A stretch of 64,000 nt of DNA from the NCBI RefSeq assembly GCF_001194135.2, contig NC_068989.1, positions 15,612,874 to 15,676,873 of the forward strand, written 5' to 3'. Below, piece by piece: positions 25,381 to 37,296 of this stretch. Under the pieces are notes generated by a model. It did no database searches and was not told the origin of the DNA. It was given only the letters and a program-made list of their open reading frames with translations. The stretch comes from Octopus bimaculoides. Its lineage: Eukaryota. Every line of letters starts with the position of its first letter. The first letter of the stretch is position 1. A program made the translations under genes and the position numbers.

Positions 25381-26639
25381 GGGATGTAGGTGATGATGTT
25401 TTCTTGATTTGAGTTACGTCTGTGTTTGCTTACTGTTCAAAAAGAAAAGACTAACATATCCCCATTTGGAAAATGCCTTAGTGATTTATGTTCAGTATAG
25501 GTTTGTCATATAATTTTTTGATGGCAAATTAATAATGAATGATTCTTTTAAGTACAAAGTGGAAGACAACGATAAACAAAAGTCAAATTTATGTTCGTGG
25601 ATTGAATGGTTGACATAATAAACCTAATATTCGATTCTGAAGAATGAGACACAATTTTGCATTAGATGATTCCTGAAAAAATTGACCGAACATTTCCAAA
25701 ATCACGTTCACGTTCTATTTGCTACTGGAAACTTGTATTAATGTGTAATGGAGACGATAATTAGGTAAATGGAATGAGATCGTGGACACGATATTGTGAA
25801 TTCAAAAATAATTCCTCGAGCATTGTAAACCGTAATTGAATTGTCAAAGACAAACACGTACCTCTTTAAGAGAAACTATCATTCAGTGATAAAGTAGCCA
25901 AACCTATTTTTCATGTTAAAGAAGCTGGGCAATTACTCAGTGATATAATATTAGCAACTAACGAAATTAATGACATTTTTACTCTATCATCGAATTACAC
26001 AAAACTATTTAAAGCTACACGTAGTCATCATTCAAACAAATCTAAAACAACTGATGCAAAGACTATCTGAAGCATTATATACATCACGAAAGGAAAGATT
26101 CGCCTGTAATTAACAAGAAAAAAATTGTTTTTTTAGCGAACGTATGCATGAACTCGGCTCGAAACTATAACTTCAAATTTACTAAACAACGTCGAAGCAG
26201 TTGTACAAATTACCGTCTAAATAATTGGTAGTATATGTCTATCGGTAGTAAATAGGTATTGAATAAAAACAAATTGAAGTTAGTTCTGTATCGATCAAAC
26301 ATTTATACGAGGTTAGAGATAAATATTACATTTCAGCAGAAATCAATAATATATCGATTAAATATGTATTAGGCACCACGAATGAGTGCCACAGGAAACT
26401 CCATTCGTTTAAATACATAGAAAGTTATCGAATCTCACCCATTAGAACTCGCATGGATAATATTAGATGCGTATGGTGATACATACAGTAGAGTCTAGTT
26501 AAAGGAAAATACCTATTAAATATTGAAATTGGAAATAAACAAGAAAATGTATAGAAGTTATTGTAATTGACATTAAAATGGATGCGTATTTATTCGGAAG
26601 AAGTTGGTTAAAATCATTTAATATGTCACTTGCCTATTT

Positions 26640-26857
26640 AAGGCAGCGAACTGGCAGATTCGTTAGCATGCTAGGTAAAATTGTTAGCAGCATTCCGTCC
26701 GTCTTTACTTCCTGAATTCAAATTCCAGTGAGGTTAACATTGTATTTCATTCTTTCAGAGTCGATAAAATAAGTACCAGTTGAGCACTGATGTCAATCTG
26801 ATCGACCAATTCCTCCACCGAAATTGCTAGCCGTGTGTCAAATTTGAAAGCAATATT
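26640..26857 (+). mobile_element. SINE family C, full length (C3 tail)
   Basis: AAGGCAGCGAACTGGCAGATTCGTTAGC...GTCGATAAAATAAGTACCAGTTGAGCACTG...AATTTGAAAGCAATATT. Confidence 0.88.
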
Positions 26858-26987
26858 TCACTTATGTTTAATAATATTACTGATATTAATACGACGAAGA
26901 GATGAAAAAAATCGTTAATGTTCGAAAGAATACGATGCGATGTTTGTTCTGGCATTTTATAAGCTGATTTCAAATCCTGTGGAGTCC

Positions 26988-27115
26988 AGCTTTGACCTTC
27001 ATGTTCATAGGGCGATAAAACAAAATACCAGTCCAGCTCCAATATTGGGGTCCATGTAATCGACTAAACCCACCCCCTCAAAATTACTAGCTTTGTGCTT
27101 AATTAGAAACAATAT
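26988..27115 (+). mobile_element. SINE family C, 3' fragment
   Basis: TTGGGGTCCATGTAATCGACTAAACCC...AAATTACTAGCTTTGTGC. Confidence 0.65.
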
Positions 27116-27180
27116 CACTGATATTGAGAATGTTGATTATGCAATCGATCTAGTGTGGTGGTGGTAGTAATTGTGGATAT

Positions 27181-27347
27181 CCGCCGTTCGACGATGACGA
27201 TGTATTTGTTCGATCAACTGAATTACCCGCTCCTGAATTAAGGTGCAAGTGGCTGAGTATTCCACTGACCCGCGTAGCCTTAGCATAAGTATCTGACATA
27301 ATCATTGTGACGCTGTGTTTGACAAGGCTGTACCTTTTGTGTTACAC
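27181..27347 (-). mobile_element. Old, degenerate SINE family A 3' half
   Basis: GATCAACTG...GTGCAAGTGGCTGAGTATTCCAC...TGACAAGGCTG aligns to family A. Confidence 0.7.
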
Positions 27348-27374
27348 GCATTCCACTCTTCAGGTTTACATATA

Positions 27375-27495
27375 GTTTCCGCCTACCCAATTTCACTCAC
27401 ACAATATTGGCCGATTTGAGAGATGTCACGTAGTGATATCGAACCTGGGACCTCATAGTTACAAAGTGAAATTCTTAACTATTCGGCTATACTAT
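27375..27495 (-). mobile_element. SINE family B head, degenerate
   Basis: TTTCCGCCTACCCAATTTCACTCACAC...GAACCTGGGACC. Confidence 0.55.
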
Positions 27496-27724
27496 GCTTA
27501 CAACTTCATCTGCCATCACATTTGAAATGAGTTCCCTATATCGTAGTTCAAGCTCATGGTTTTCTAAATAACGAAATATCTATTAAGACTGAAGTATTAA
27601 GGTAAATATTATTATAGAATTGTTATCGCTTCTAACTGCTGATCATTTTTTATTTATCAGGTTGATTAAGCAACGTTTTGACCCATGAAAAATTTGTACC
27701 GGACTTTTGTATACATTATTTACA

Positions 27725-27835
27725 TTTGACGGATATTCGTCCTCATCTTGTTTGTTGTTAACACAACGTTTCGGCTGATATACCCTCCAGCCTTCGTCAG
27801 GTGTCTTGGGGAAATTTCGAACCTGGGTTCTCATT
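27725..27835 (-). mobile_element. Penelope-type terminal-repeat (pLTR-like) fragment
   Basis: Contains a hammerhead-like CTGACGA...GAAAC motif. A degenerate relative lies at 31880-31990 (+). Confidence 0.6.
27760..27805 (-). ncRNA. Minimal type I hammerhead ribozyme-like motif
   Basis: Minus strand: GACAC CUGACGA A GGCUG-gagggUaUaU-CAGCC GAA AC GU U GUGUU. Stem I is 5 bp, stem II is 5 bp, stem III is a palindromic ACGU. There is an extra A after A9 and a GUU cleavage triplet. Confidence 0.55.
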
Positions 27836-28803
27836 CCTATCGATGTTACTATTATGCTTTAACACTGGCTACAGAGGTATCTACTATCAAAATTAGAATA
27901 AAATTTTCATTGTAACATGTTAACTCTGTAGCTGTAATCAATTGTCCTAACTAAAAAAAAAAATAAATAAATAAATAAAAGACTTCGTTGATCATTAATT
28001 ATGCCAAGATGCATGCTGAAAGATGTGCCGTGTTCTTAAGGAATTTCGAAACAAATGCTAATATCTCATTCACAGTTTTGGGAATTGCTAATGTTTTAAG
28101 AACATCATAAATATTTAGGGATATTCGTTTTCTAGGTACACTAATTTTATAATCAAGGTACTGAGTTCCTTTGTGAAAACTAAATCACACTTTTCTTTGA
28201 CATTTTAATCCATAATCTTGTAACCATTTGCATATTAATTCCAAGTTAATCAAATGTTCATCTGTCATCCTGTCTATATATGACACACACTGTTTTATTC
28301 CAGATAACATTTGATCAACAGAATAGTGGAATATGGCACACACACACACGAAACATTGCGAACAGTGTTCGCTTGTAATTATAAAAACCCACAAGGTCTA
28401 TTCATAACGTGTAATTTGTGATTCTCTTGCTAATTCTATATGTAAATGTGCATCTTTTAAATGAATTACGCCGGAACGTTTCCCCGCTTTAATTTAAGGA
28501 ATAGTTAATATTATTGGATGACGTATTCTCGAGTATGTTTATATACATTGCCTTCGAAATTGACACCTATTTTAACTTTGACGTTCAATATCCAACTATG
28601 ACCGATTGGTACAACAAACTATCTATAATTGGCCAGTTCAAATATTCCGTTCAATACTTCAAGTTCTAATTTGTCCGTTACTAATTTGGCCTTTGACATG
28701 GAAATTGGTCAAGTCCTTCCGAAAAATATGCTTTGCTGGAGCCGTACTCAAATTATGGCTTGCATTTTGTGCAAAGTCTCAATACAGGTAAAAAATACCT
28801 GGG

Positions 28804-29156
28804 AATACTTGGTTTCAAATTTTGGCAGGAGGTCAGCAATCTTGGTGGAGGGGTAAGACGATTACAGCGACCGAAAATCCTCAAGTGATACTTATTTTGG
28901 CGACTTCGAAAGGAAAAGTCTACAAAATCTGAAATCAGAGAACATATAGACGGAAGAAACGCTAGTAAGCATTTAGCCTGGCGTGTTGAAGACTTTGCCA
29001 ACTCGCCGCCTTAATGTTAAATTTAATATTGATTTCAAATTGTGGCACAAGGCCTGCAATTTCGGGTGTGAGGAAAAGTCGATTAAATCAACCCTACTGC
29101 TCAACTGATACTTATTGTATCGAAGTAGGATGAAAAACAAAGTCGACCTCGGCGAA
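28804..29156 (-). mobile_element. Two SINE family C copies in tandem (28804-29012 full; 29024-29156 head-truncated)
   Basis: Two C3 tails, one complete head ending CTCGCCGCCTT. Confidence 0.85.
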
Positions 29157-29984
29157 GATGGAGATGCCGTCTTCATGTGGCTGCTGTGACATCGAGTTTA
29201 TTCACTTCCAAATGAATAATACTTTGATATCTATTTCTTGTGGAAGTGAAAATTTATAAACTCTCTGTAGATTTTGAAATATATATATAGGCACGAACAA
29301 TTTGCCTATCAGACTTGATCCAACTGAAAATTGCGGCAACGTAAATCAAATCTAACATCCCAGAACTTTCCAAGCTAAAGCAAAAACAATTTTCTCTTTA
29401 AGTTACAAGGCAAAATGTGTTATGAAACTTATAAGATTATACGTTATAGCATATTAGGAGTTCTACCATTGGAAGTATTAGAAATACCAGGTTAATTAAT
29501 TCATTATATAGCCATATTATTCTGCTACTGTATTATTCTGCTACTGTATTATTCTGCTAATGTATGAAAGTTTATAACATTGGAACAAAATCGAAGACAA
29601 TCTGTTATGTACACCCTATTCATGATATTCGAAAGGCAATTGAGTGATAAATTCAAAAAGTTAAAACAAACACACACATTTCTTTTACCACTTTCAGTCA
29701 TCATGAATCGGACGAACAGCCGTTACTTAATAAATAGATATGTCTGAAGACTATCAATACCTCAAAAGACAGCTAACCTGAAAATTCAAACAAAACTTCC
29801 CCATTTACATTATTGAGAGGCGATACCTTAGCCACTGAGGGTTATGCAAAGCGTGGTTATTGATGGTTGGAATTATTAAGCAATAACATGAAAACCAGTT
29901 ACAACTTGAATTGATAGAAAAACTACAAACTAGATATTATGAGGTGCTACAACGTACCAAAATTTATCATGGCTTTACCAACAT

Positions 29985-30320
29985 AATTGTAAAGCATGCA
30001 ACCACATAGTTCCGAGTTCAATTCCTCTGCGTTGTACCTTGGCCATGTATCTTCTACAATAGCTGCGGGTATACATACATATACGGATGTGCGTGTAATG
30101 TGTATGTGCGTATGTCTTCGTGTTTTTGTCTATCATCCAACACTTGACAACCGGTGTTGTTTCATTGCACCTGCGTAACTAAGCGGTTCGACAAAAAGAG
30201 ACCAATACAATAAGTACCAGGCTTAAAAATTTTAAGTACCGTGATGAATTTGTTCGATTAAACCCCACAAGGCAGTGCCCCAGCATGGCCGCTCTCAAAT
30301 GACTGAAACGAGTTAAAGAA
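29985..30320 (+). mobile_element. SINE family B, degenerate, with internal deletion
   Basis: AACCACATAGTTCCGAGTTCAATTCC head, microsatellite, tail ...CCCAGCATGGCCGCTCTCAAATGACTGAAAC. Confidence 0.82.
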
Positions 30321-31879
30321 TCGATTGGTAATGTCTTTGATTTGGTCTCGTTGTTAAGATTCTTTATTAATTGGCATAAAAATAAAAATAACGGATAAAA
30401 ACTGAAAAATCTAGGAGGAGATAACGAGCATAGTAAAAAATATAATTTTCATATATGTTGTTTCCAATACTAATTATGTACATAACTCCATTAAAATCAA
30501 ACGTTTGAGGCAAAACAAAAAAGTACTATTTCCAAAGAAAGTATGTATTTCATGGTTCTCTATAAGCTTCTAACAATATCATAGGTCTCAAAATAACCAT
30601 AGAATTCTCATTAGTGCTGCTAATTTTAATTAATGTCCTCAGTGTGATCGTGGGTATTCCTGTGGATTTTAAAAATTGATTATTTAAATTTCATTCTACA
30701 TCAGTTTCCGCTTAATTTTTGCGACTTTTCTTCATCTCAGTTGTTTCTAGTTTAGCTGATTATTACCATGTTTTGGGGAGAGGTGGTGGATGAGTCTCTT
30801 GAAAAGTCAATTATTAAATCTATCGTTCTGGAATGCTTTTATGACGAAGTATTAATACTATGAATTTATTCGTTTTTAAGCATGGTTCTTAGAATTATTT
30901 CATGTATATTTCTATTGCATTTTCTACTTTCTTTTCATAGAAAAAAAACATCAAACAGATTGGTCACACACACACACACACACNNNNNNNNNNNNNNNNN
31001 NNNNNNNNNNNNNNNNNNNNNNNNNNNNNNNNNNNNNNNNNNNNNNNNNNNNNNNNNNNNNNNNNNNNNNNNNNNNNNNNNNNNNNNNNNNNNNNNNNNN
31101 NNNNNNNNNNNNNNNNNNNNNNNNNNNNNNNNNNNNNNNTTCTAACTAGTAAAGACTGCTTTGTCAAAAATTAACTATATTCATGTGTGCGTAGCACATG
31201 AATCAATCGTTACTAGAAAGAAAATACTAGACTATAAGAAACTAATGTTTTGTGCTGTCAACAAAGAGTAGGTGAGAAAGAGAGAGAGAGAGGGAGAAAA
31301 AGAGAGAGAGAAAGTCATTAACGAATTTGTTTTGTGAGGAAAGGTTAGATCAAACGTTTGCAGAATAAATACTTTTTATTTCACAAGAATAAGATATACC
31401 GAAAGAAAGCTTTGGTTAATTATGCCTTGTACGATGTTGTTCTAAGTTCTCAATGAATTCAATAGCACACTTGTTTTCAAAATCTGAAATAATTAAAATT
31501 ATAACAGTCTGCTAGTCACTGAATCAATACAGAAGCTTATGTTTTCATAACAGTTTTCAGTTTAGCTGTTCGTCAATTTTACGTTTCTATTTTGGATGCC
31601 GTGACGGTTTTCCTTTATTTCATATGTTTAGGTGGATTGCAAGCATATGACGTTTGCACATTAAAATAATTCACTTTTTTGACAGAGTTTAATTATTTGT
31701 TGAAAATATTATTTTAATTCTTTTTATGAACTCTTTCTTAAAAAAAAAAACTTTCACTATCAACTTATGACAATGAAGTATATCTGAAACCACAATGTAT
31801 ACTTGAATATGAATTATAATAGATGATTTATTAAACACAAAGCTGACAATAACTTTGAAATTATTTTATTACGTGAATT

Positions 31880-31990
31880 CACTGAAAGTTCCGAGAGCGC
31901 CTCCGAATACAACAGACACTTGAAGAGGACCAGTGGGTGGGTACAACAGAAAACTTTGTGACAATAAGCAAAGTGATGACACTTGCTCGA
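31880..31990 (+). mobile_element. Degenerate copy of the pLTR-like repeat
   Basis: GACACTTGAAGAGG...CAGAAAACTTTGTGACAATAAGCAAAGTGATGAC parallels the reverse complement of 27725-27805. Confidence 0.5.
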
Positions 31991-32022
31991 ATTTATCAGT
32001 ATATATTATGATTATTTTTCAT

Positions 32023-32437
32023 CTCGAGTGGCTGTATGGTAAGTAGCTTTCCTACAAACCACATGGTTCCGGGTTCAGTCCCACTGCGTGGCACCTTGGG
32101 CAAGTGTCTTCCACTATAGCCTCGGGCCGACCAAAGCCTTATGAGTGGATTTGGTAGACGGAAACTGAAAGAAGACCGTCGTATATATATATATATGTGT
32201 GTGTGTGTTTGTGTGTGTGTGTGTCTGTCCCCCCACCATCGCTTGACAACCGATGGTGGTGTGTTTACGTCCCCGTAACTTAGCGGTTCGGCAAAAAGAG
32301 ACCGATAGAATAAGTACTAAGCTTACAAAGAATAAGTCCTGGGGGTCGATCTGCTCGACTAAAGGCGGTGCTCCAACATGGCCGCAGTCAAATGACTGAA
32401 AAAAAGTAAAAGAGTAAAAAAGAAAAGAGTAAAAGAG
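32023..32437 (+). mobile_element. SINE family B, full-length reference copy
   Basis: tRNA-like head (GTGGCTGTATGGTAAG...GGGTTCAGTCCC), core GGCACCTTGGGCAAGTGTCTT, internal (TA)(TG), tail ending (AGTAAAAG)n. Confidence 0.95.
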
Positions 32438-33662
32438 ATATATATATATATATTATCACTTAGCCGCAGCTTAATCCTGATCCACCTTATCTATGATAAA
32501 ATTGTGTTCATTTCGTCTTTGAGGGGAACCGATGGACTATATTATTTAAACTGTCCTTCCACATCTTTAGATTTGAGAGAGATTTGATTACTATTTCTTG
32601 CATACTGAGCGAATGCATATAGCAAACGCGAGAAACACTGTACCTGCGTTCACATCTGAGAACACCTAGTGACAAAGTCTTTAAAATATATATATATAAA
32701 AAGAACAGTTTAATTTATAAGCAGGAAGCAGTTATTTAATATGCGTTGTGTACCTATGAATATGTAAAATTAGAGTGTCATTTTTCACTACACATATGCA
32801 TTTGTAAGTTTCCCAAAGCGCTAAAAGGGTCTCCACCTCTGCTTGGATTGTTGATGTTACACAGAATAATATGTTTAATTAGTGTACTGCAGAAAGCGTG
32901 TTTATAAGTGACAAATAATTCCTATAATGATAGCATGTTGAAAACGGGAAACTAAATATTATTGGCAATGAACTTACGGTTTAAATTGACACTTGTGCTA
33001 GATACAATGTTTATTTAAGCCCACTTTGAATGAATGACTGCAGTGCAGAGTTATGTAATAATAAATAGTATAAATGGAAAACCAATAGAGGCATTAATGG
33101 AAAATTGTTCTCGCATGCACGTTTCAGAACATTACATGGAATGTAGAATTTTAAATGTTAAACAATCACTGAAATGTAAACTTACTTGGTAGAGTTGATA
33201 GCATAATTTCGGGATGGTAAAGAAGGTAAATATTTACAGCTGACCTCTAAGGAAAATACTCTGTAAATATAGTGATGTAGTCGGAGATTAAATCGCCTGT
33301 TTTCTAGTAGAAAGGAAAGAGCGATAAATCCCCGTCAGTCTGTTATTCATTCGAAGAAACCATTATTCACCCACCCCTGTTTGTGAACAGATACATAATG
33401 AATTGGACAATTTCCAAAGATTTGGTAGAGTCACTCTAGTTGCGCAAATCCCGTTGACTGAATAAACACTAAGTTATATATATGCAAAGAAATATTGCCA
33501 CTGTAATTTTGTGTTCGATCCCAGCCGTGAAACGTTTGGAATGTGTCGTTTATCATAACCTCAGTCTGACCAAAGTTTTGCGACTGAAATGTATTAGACA
33601 GACACTGAAAGTATTTACACATAGTTCTACTACTTAAACGAAGGTATTATTAAAAGCCCAAG

Positions 33663-33784
33663 TAAGGCTGTGAACTGGCAGAACCGTTAGCGCGCTGGAC
33701 AAAATGCTTAGCGGTATTTCGCCCGTTGCTACGTTCTGAATTCAAATTCCGCTGAGGTCGACTTTGCCTTTCACCCTTTCGGGG
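33663..33784 (+). mobile_element. SINE family C, 3' truncated
   Basis: Head through CCTTTCGGGG, then joined to non-SINE sequence. Confidence 0.9.
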
Positions 33785-33914
33785 AGTCAAGTCACTATAC
33801 TGAAGAAACATTCAATCATTTTCATCTCGGTGACCCTTCGTTATAACCTGAAAATGCAATTTTCTGCTATGGTAACTCCTCGAAAATTTTCATGGTTTAA
33901 TATTAATATCACGG

Positions 33915-34134
33915 AAGGCGGGAAGCTAGCAGAATTGTTAGCACACCGGGCCAAATGCTTAGCGATATTTCGTCTGTCTTTACGTTCTGAGTTCAAATTC
34001 CGCCGAGGTCGACTTTGCCTTTCAACCTTTCGGGGTCGATAAATTAAGTACCAGTTGTGTACTGGCGTCGATCTAATCGACTGGCCCCTCCCCCAAAATT
34101 GCAGGCCTTGTGCCTACAGTAGAAATGATTATTA
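33915..34134 (+). mobile_element. SINE family C, full length (C1 tail)
   Basis: Near consensus, ending GCCTACAGTAGAAATGATTATTA. Confidence 0.95.
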
Positions 34135-35236
34135 AAAGCCGAGGTTAATTATGTGGGTCACACACTGAATGGTGAAGATTTCAAGTCTTTAAAAAACAGA
34201 ATCAGAGCTGTTGAAAATATGAGACACTACAAATTAAAAATGAAATTTAGGCATCCTTACTTATATACCAAAATTTATCCATAGTGAATCAAAAGCATTA
34301 GTTAAGTCAATGTAGAAAAGGAACAGGAGTGTAACATGGTGGGGGGGAGAAGTATGTTTTCGAAATTAAGCTATACTTGCATCAACCGCAGTACTTAAAT
34401 ACATTGTTAACACATATAAGGCTTTATATTCTTAAGAAAGATTTGAGTGCTTCGCATGTTTAGGAAGTTGTGCTGCTGAGCCAGCTAGAACAGCTAGGCC
34501 ATTTGAACAGCTTTAAGTCCGGATCAAAAGAGAAATATAATTAAAAGTATTTGGCAGTGAATGCTTCCAAAAACTGATATATGATGGAGTATCTAAACGA
34601 TTACTCAGCATAGAACTGGTGTCCAAATCTCCCTCAGCTCACAGCCAAGTTGAAGAATACATGGGAAAAGGTAGTCACTATTATGTCTCTTGGGCTGTTT
34701 AACAGTACAACCTGGCATTTTGAAATGCCTTCAGAAGCATCAGTTACAAGCATTCAGGCCAGGTAAATTGTTATGGATACTGCTGCCTTCTCTCATGAAT
34801 GTAAAATAAAGAAAATCTCCTTTATTATCATTAACTGGATTAACCATTAAGCAAAATAAGCATGTGCTTAGAGTATCAAAGGAAGGAGGGGGCATCGAAG
34901 AAATGGTAAATGCTAAAGTAGTATTTAAATGGTTTATATGATCGGAAATTTAATTTCGAAGTGTTCATGATCCCATAGTGGGGATCTAATCAAAGGCAAT
35001 GCAATAATAATAAAAAAAACAAAAAATTAGGAGAAAACTTTTTAAACATAAATAAGCAGGAAATATACAAAAGTAAACCTTATTTTCCATCTTACTGTTA
35101 GTTTTGCTTCATTCTGAAAAAAATATTGTTTTATGCTTTATTGTTGTTTTATTTTGAGTTGCATACATATGGAGGGTACCAAAATCTTTTAAGTGCTTTA
35201 TGGGCCTAAATCCAGCCTTGTTTGTCATAGACTAAT

Positions 35237-35766
35237 TAATAGTTTCAAATTTTGGCATAAGTCCAGTAACTTTAGTGGGGAGGTGTTTAATCGATTCCGT
35301 CGGCCCCAGCGCTCGACTGGTAAGAGCATTTTATCGACCTCGAAAGGATGAAAGGCAAAGTCGACCTCGGCAGAATTTTAACGCAGAACGTAAAGACGGA
35401 TGAAATGCTGCTAAGCATTTTGTCTGGCGTCTTAACGATTCTGCCAGATCACTAATTTGGGCTCTAATTCTTTATACTCTAGGAACAAGGGCTGAAATTT
35501 CGGGCAGGGAACTAGTCAATTACATCGAGCCCTGTACTCAACTAGTACCTATTTTATCAACTAGTACCCCAGAAGGATGGATGTGCAAAATCGAACTCGA
35601 CGGAATTTGAATTCAAGATGTAAAGACGGACAAAATGTTTCGAAGCATTTCATCCGGCATACTAACGATTCTGCCAGCTCACCCAAAACAATGATTTTTA
35701 CGTTATTTAGGGCACATTTTAAGTCGGTGAGCTAGCAGAATCGTTAGTACGCCGGACAAAATGCTT
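35237..35766. mobile_element. SINE C cluster: two minus copies (35237-35452, 35466-35683) and a plus-strand head fragment (35720-35766)
   Basis: Cores and heads match the consensus. Confidence 0.88.
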
Positions 35767-36139
35767 CTGGGCTCCAAATAATAACGACAATATCATGTGC
35801 TTCTGTTGATCCCGATGAAGAAGTTTGGGGAACATTATATGGAAGCTGATTTACATGTGAAAATGAAGATTCAGATATACGAAGCTTATGTTCCATCTCT
35901 AAACTGAATTCACATTAACGAACGTGAAAAGGACAGGATATAGAGCTGGCAGGCAGTCCTGTGAATTCTAATTCTTGCAAAACCTATAGATGATAGCATT
36001 ATCACAATCGTAGGAGAAGCACTACACTGTGTCACGATCTTTTGTCCCTGTGTAGCAGCTGTTGCTCCCGGTTTGCTTACTCCTACAAAGTATGAAAAAT
36101 GGCTAACATTTCCTTAAAACTTTGCTTTTGTCACTTTTA

Positions 36140-36315
36140 TTGAAATCTCAAAGAATCCTTCTCAACACTTGGGTATTATGCTTCCCCAACAACTCGTGTT
36201 TATGATCAAAGATGCACATCATGTCAGCCACTAAGGGATATGCCCCAGTAGTTAAAGTCAAGCAACTGAAAAGCAAATCTGTGGTATTGAGCAGAATATT
36301 TGCTATAACGTTATT
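36140..36315 (-). mobile_element. Family E repeat fragment
   Basis: GCCACTAAGGGATATGC...AAGCAAATCTGTGGTATTGAGCAGAATATTTGCT is the reverse complement of 61740-61920. Confidence 0.85.
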
Positions 36316-37119
36316 TTTGCTTCAACAACTCAGCGCTGAATCTGCCTGAAATGTAATGGAAAATAGGTCAGTTTCAAAACATTGATGTTCAGATCACAAA
36401 AGCAAGGTTTGAAGAGAATAGTAGTCATTTCCTTTGATTTCTAGATAGAAGCAAATAGGAACTAACACTTACTAGCCAAAGACAAAAATAAAAATAAAAG
36501 TTTTGTTACACAATGTTATCATTCATCAAATATGACGTTGTAGCAGATGCTAATTGGTGTGAACGTGATGGGAGAAAGAAAGTGAAGAAACCGAAGCAAC
36601 TATCTTCTGCAGAATGTCATGATTATTTCAAATAAAACTCACGTAAGAACGTGCCAATGATGCTATGTCAGTCATACGTGCTACTTAACAGGTGAATCAG
36701 GTAAATTAATTTTTAGCAGTAAGCGATTCATTAGGTAGGTTTATTTTATACACGTCGCTGCGAGAAGAATAGTTTATTTTACACACGTTGTTGCCCCAAG
36801 AACATTTTTTTTTGCACACAATCGTTTCCGAAGACAATATACTAGATTATTTAGCTCGTCTTCGTATGTAAGACGCGTTTTCGTTGAATTATAACATCAC
36901 ACAAAGCGATTTTTTTCTTTTTAAAAATTTTAATTTTATTAGGATTATGTACACACACACACACACACACACACGTACATGTATATCTGTTCACTTATAC
37001 TGATACACACATATACGTGAATACACAGCTACATATATGCACAAAAGTACACGTGTATACAAATGTATACGTACAAAAACACGTATACATACACACAGAA
37101 AGATATACAAGTGTGCGAG

Positions 37120-37150
<31 letters not shown>

Positions 37151-37296
37151 TTCCGAAGAAACGTAAAACAACCACGCTTTCTTTCCTTCTCTGAGCGTGT
37201 TATTAATACTTTGCATATACCACGTTCGTTCTCGCATTGCTTTTTTTCTTGTCTTTTTTCTTCGTCTATGTGATATATATATATATATATATATAT

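Noticed and set aside
25780-26200. Possible GIY-YIG / Penelope remnant
   Set aside because: The motif similarity is too weak to distinguish from chance.
35820-35910. Possible RTE C-terminal remnant (MKIQIYEAYVPSL)
   Set aside because: Too short, with no adjoining motifs.
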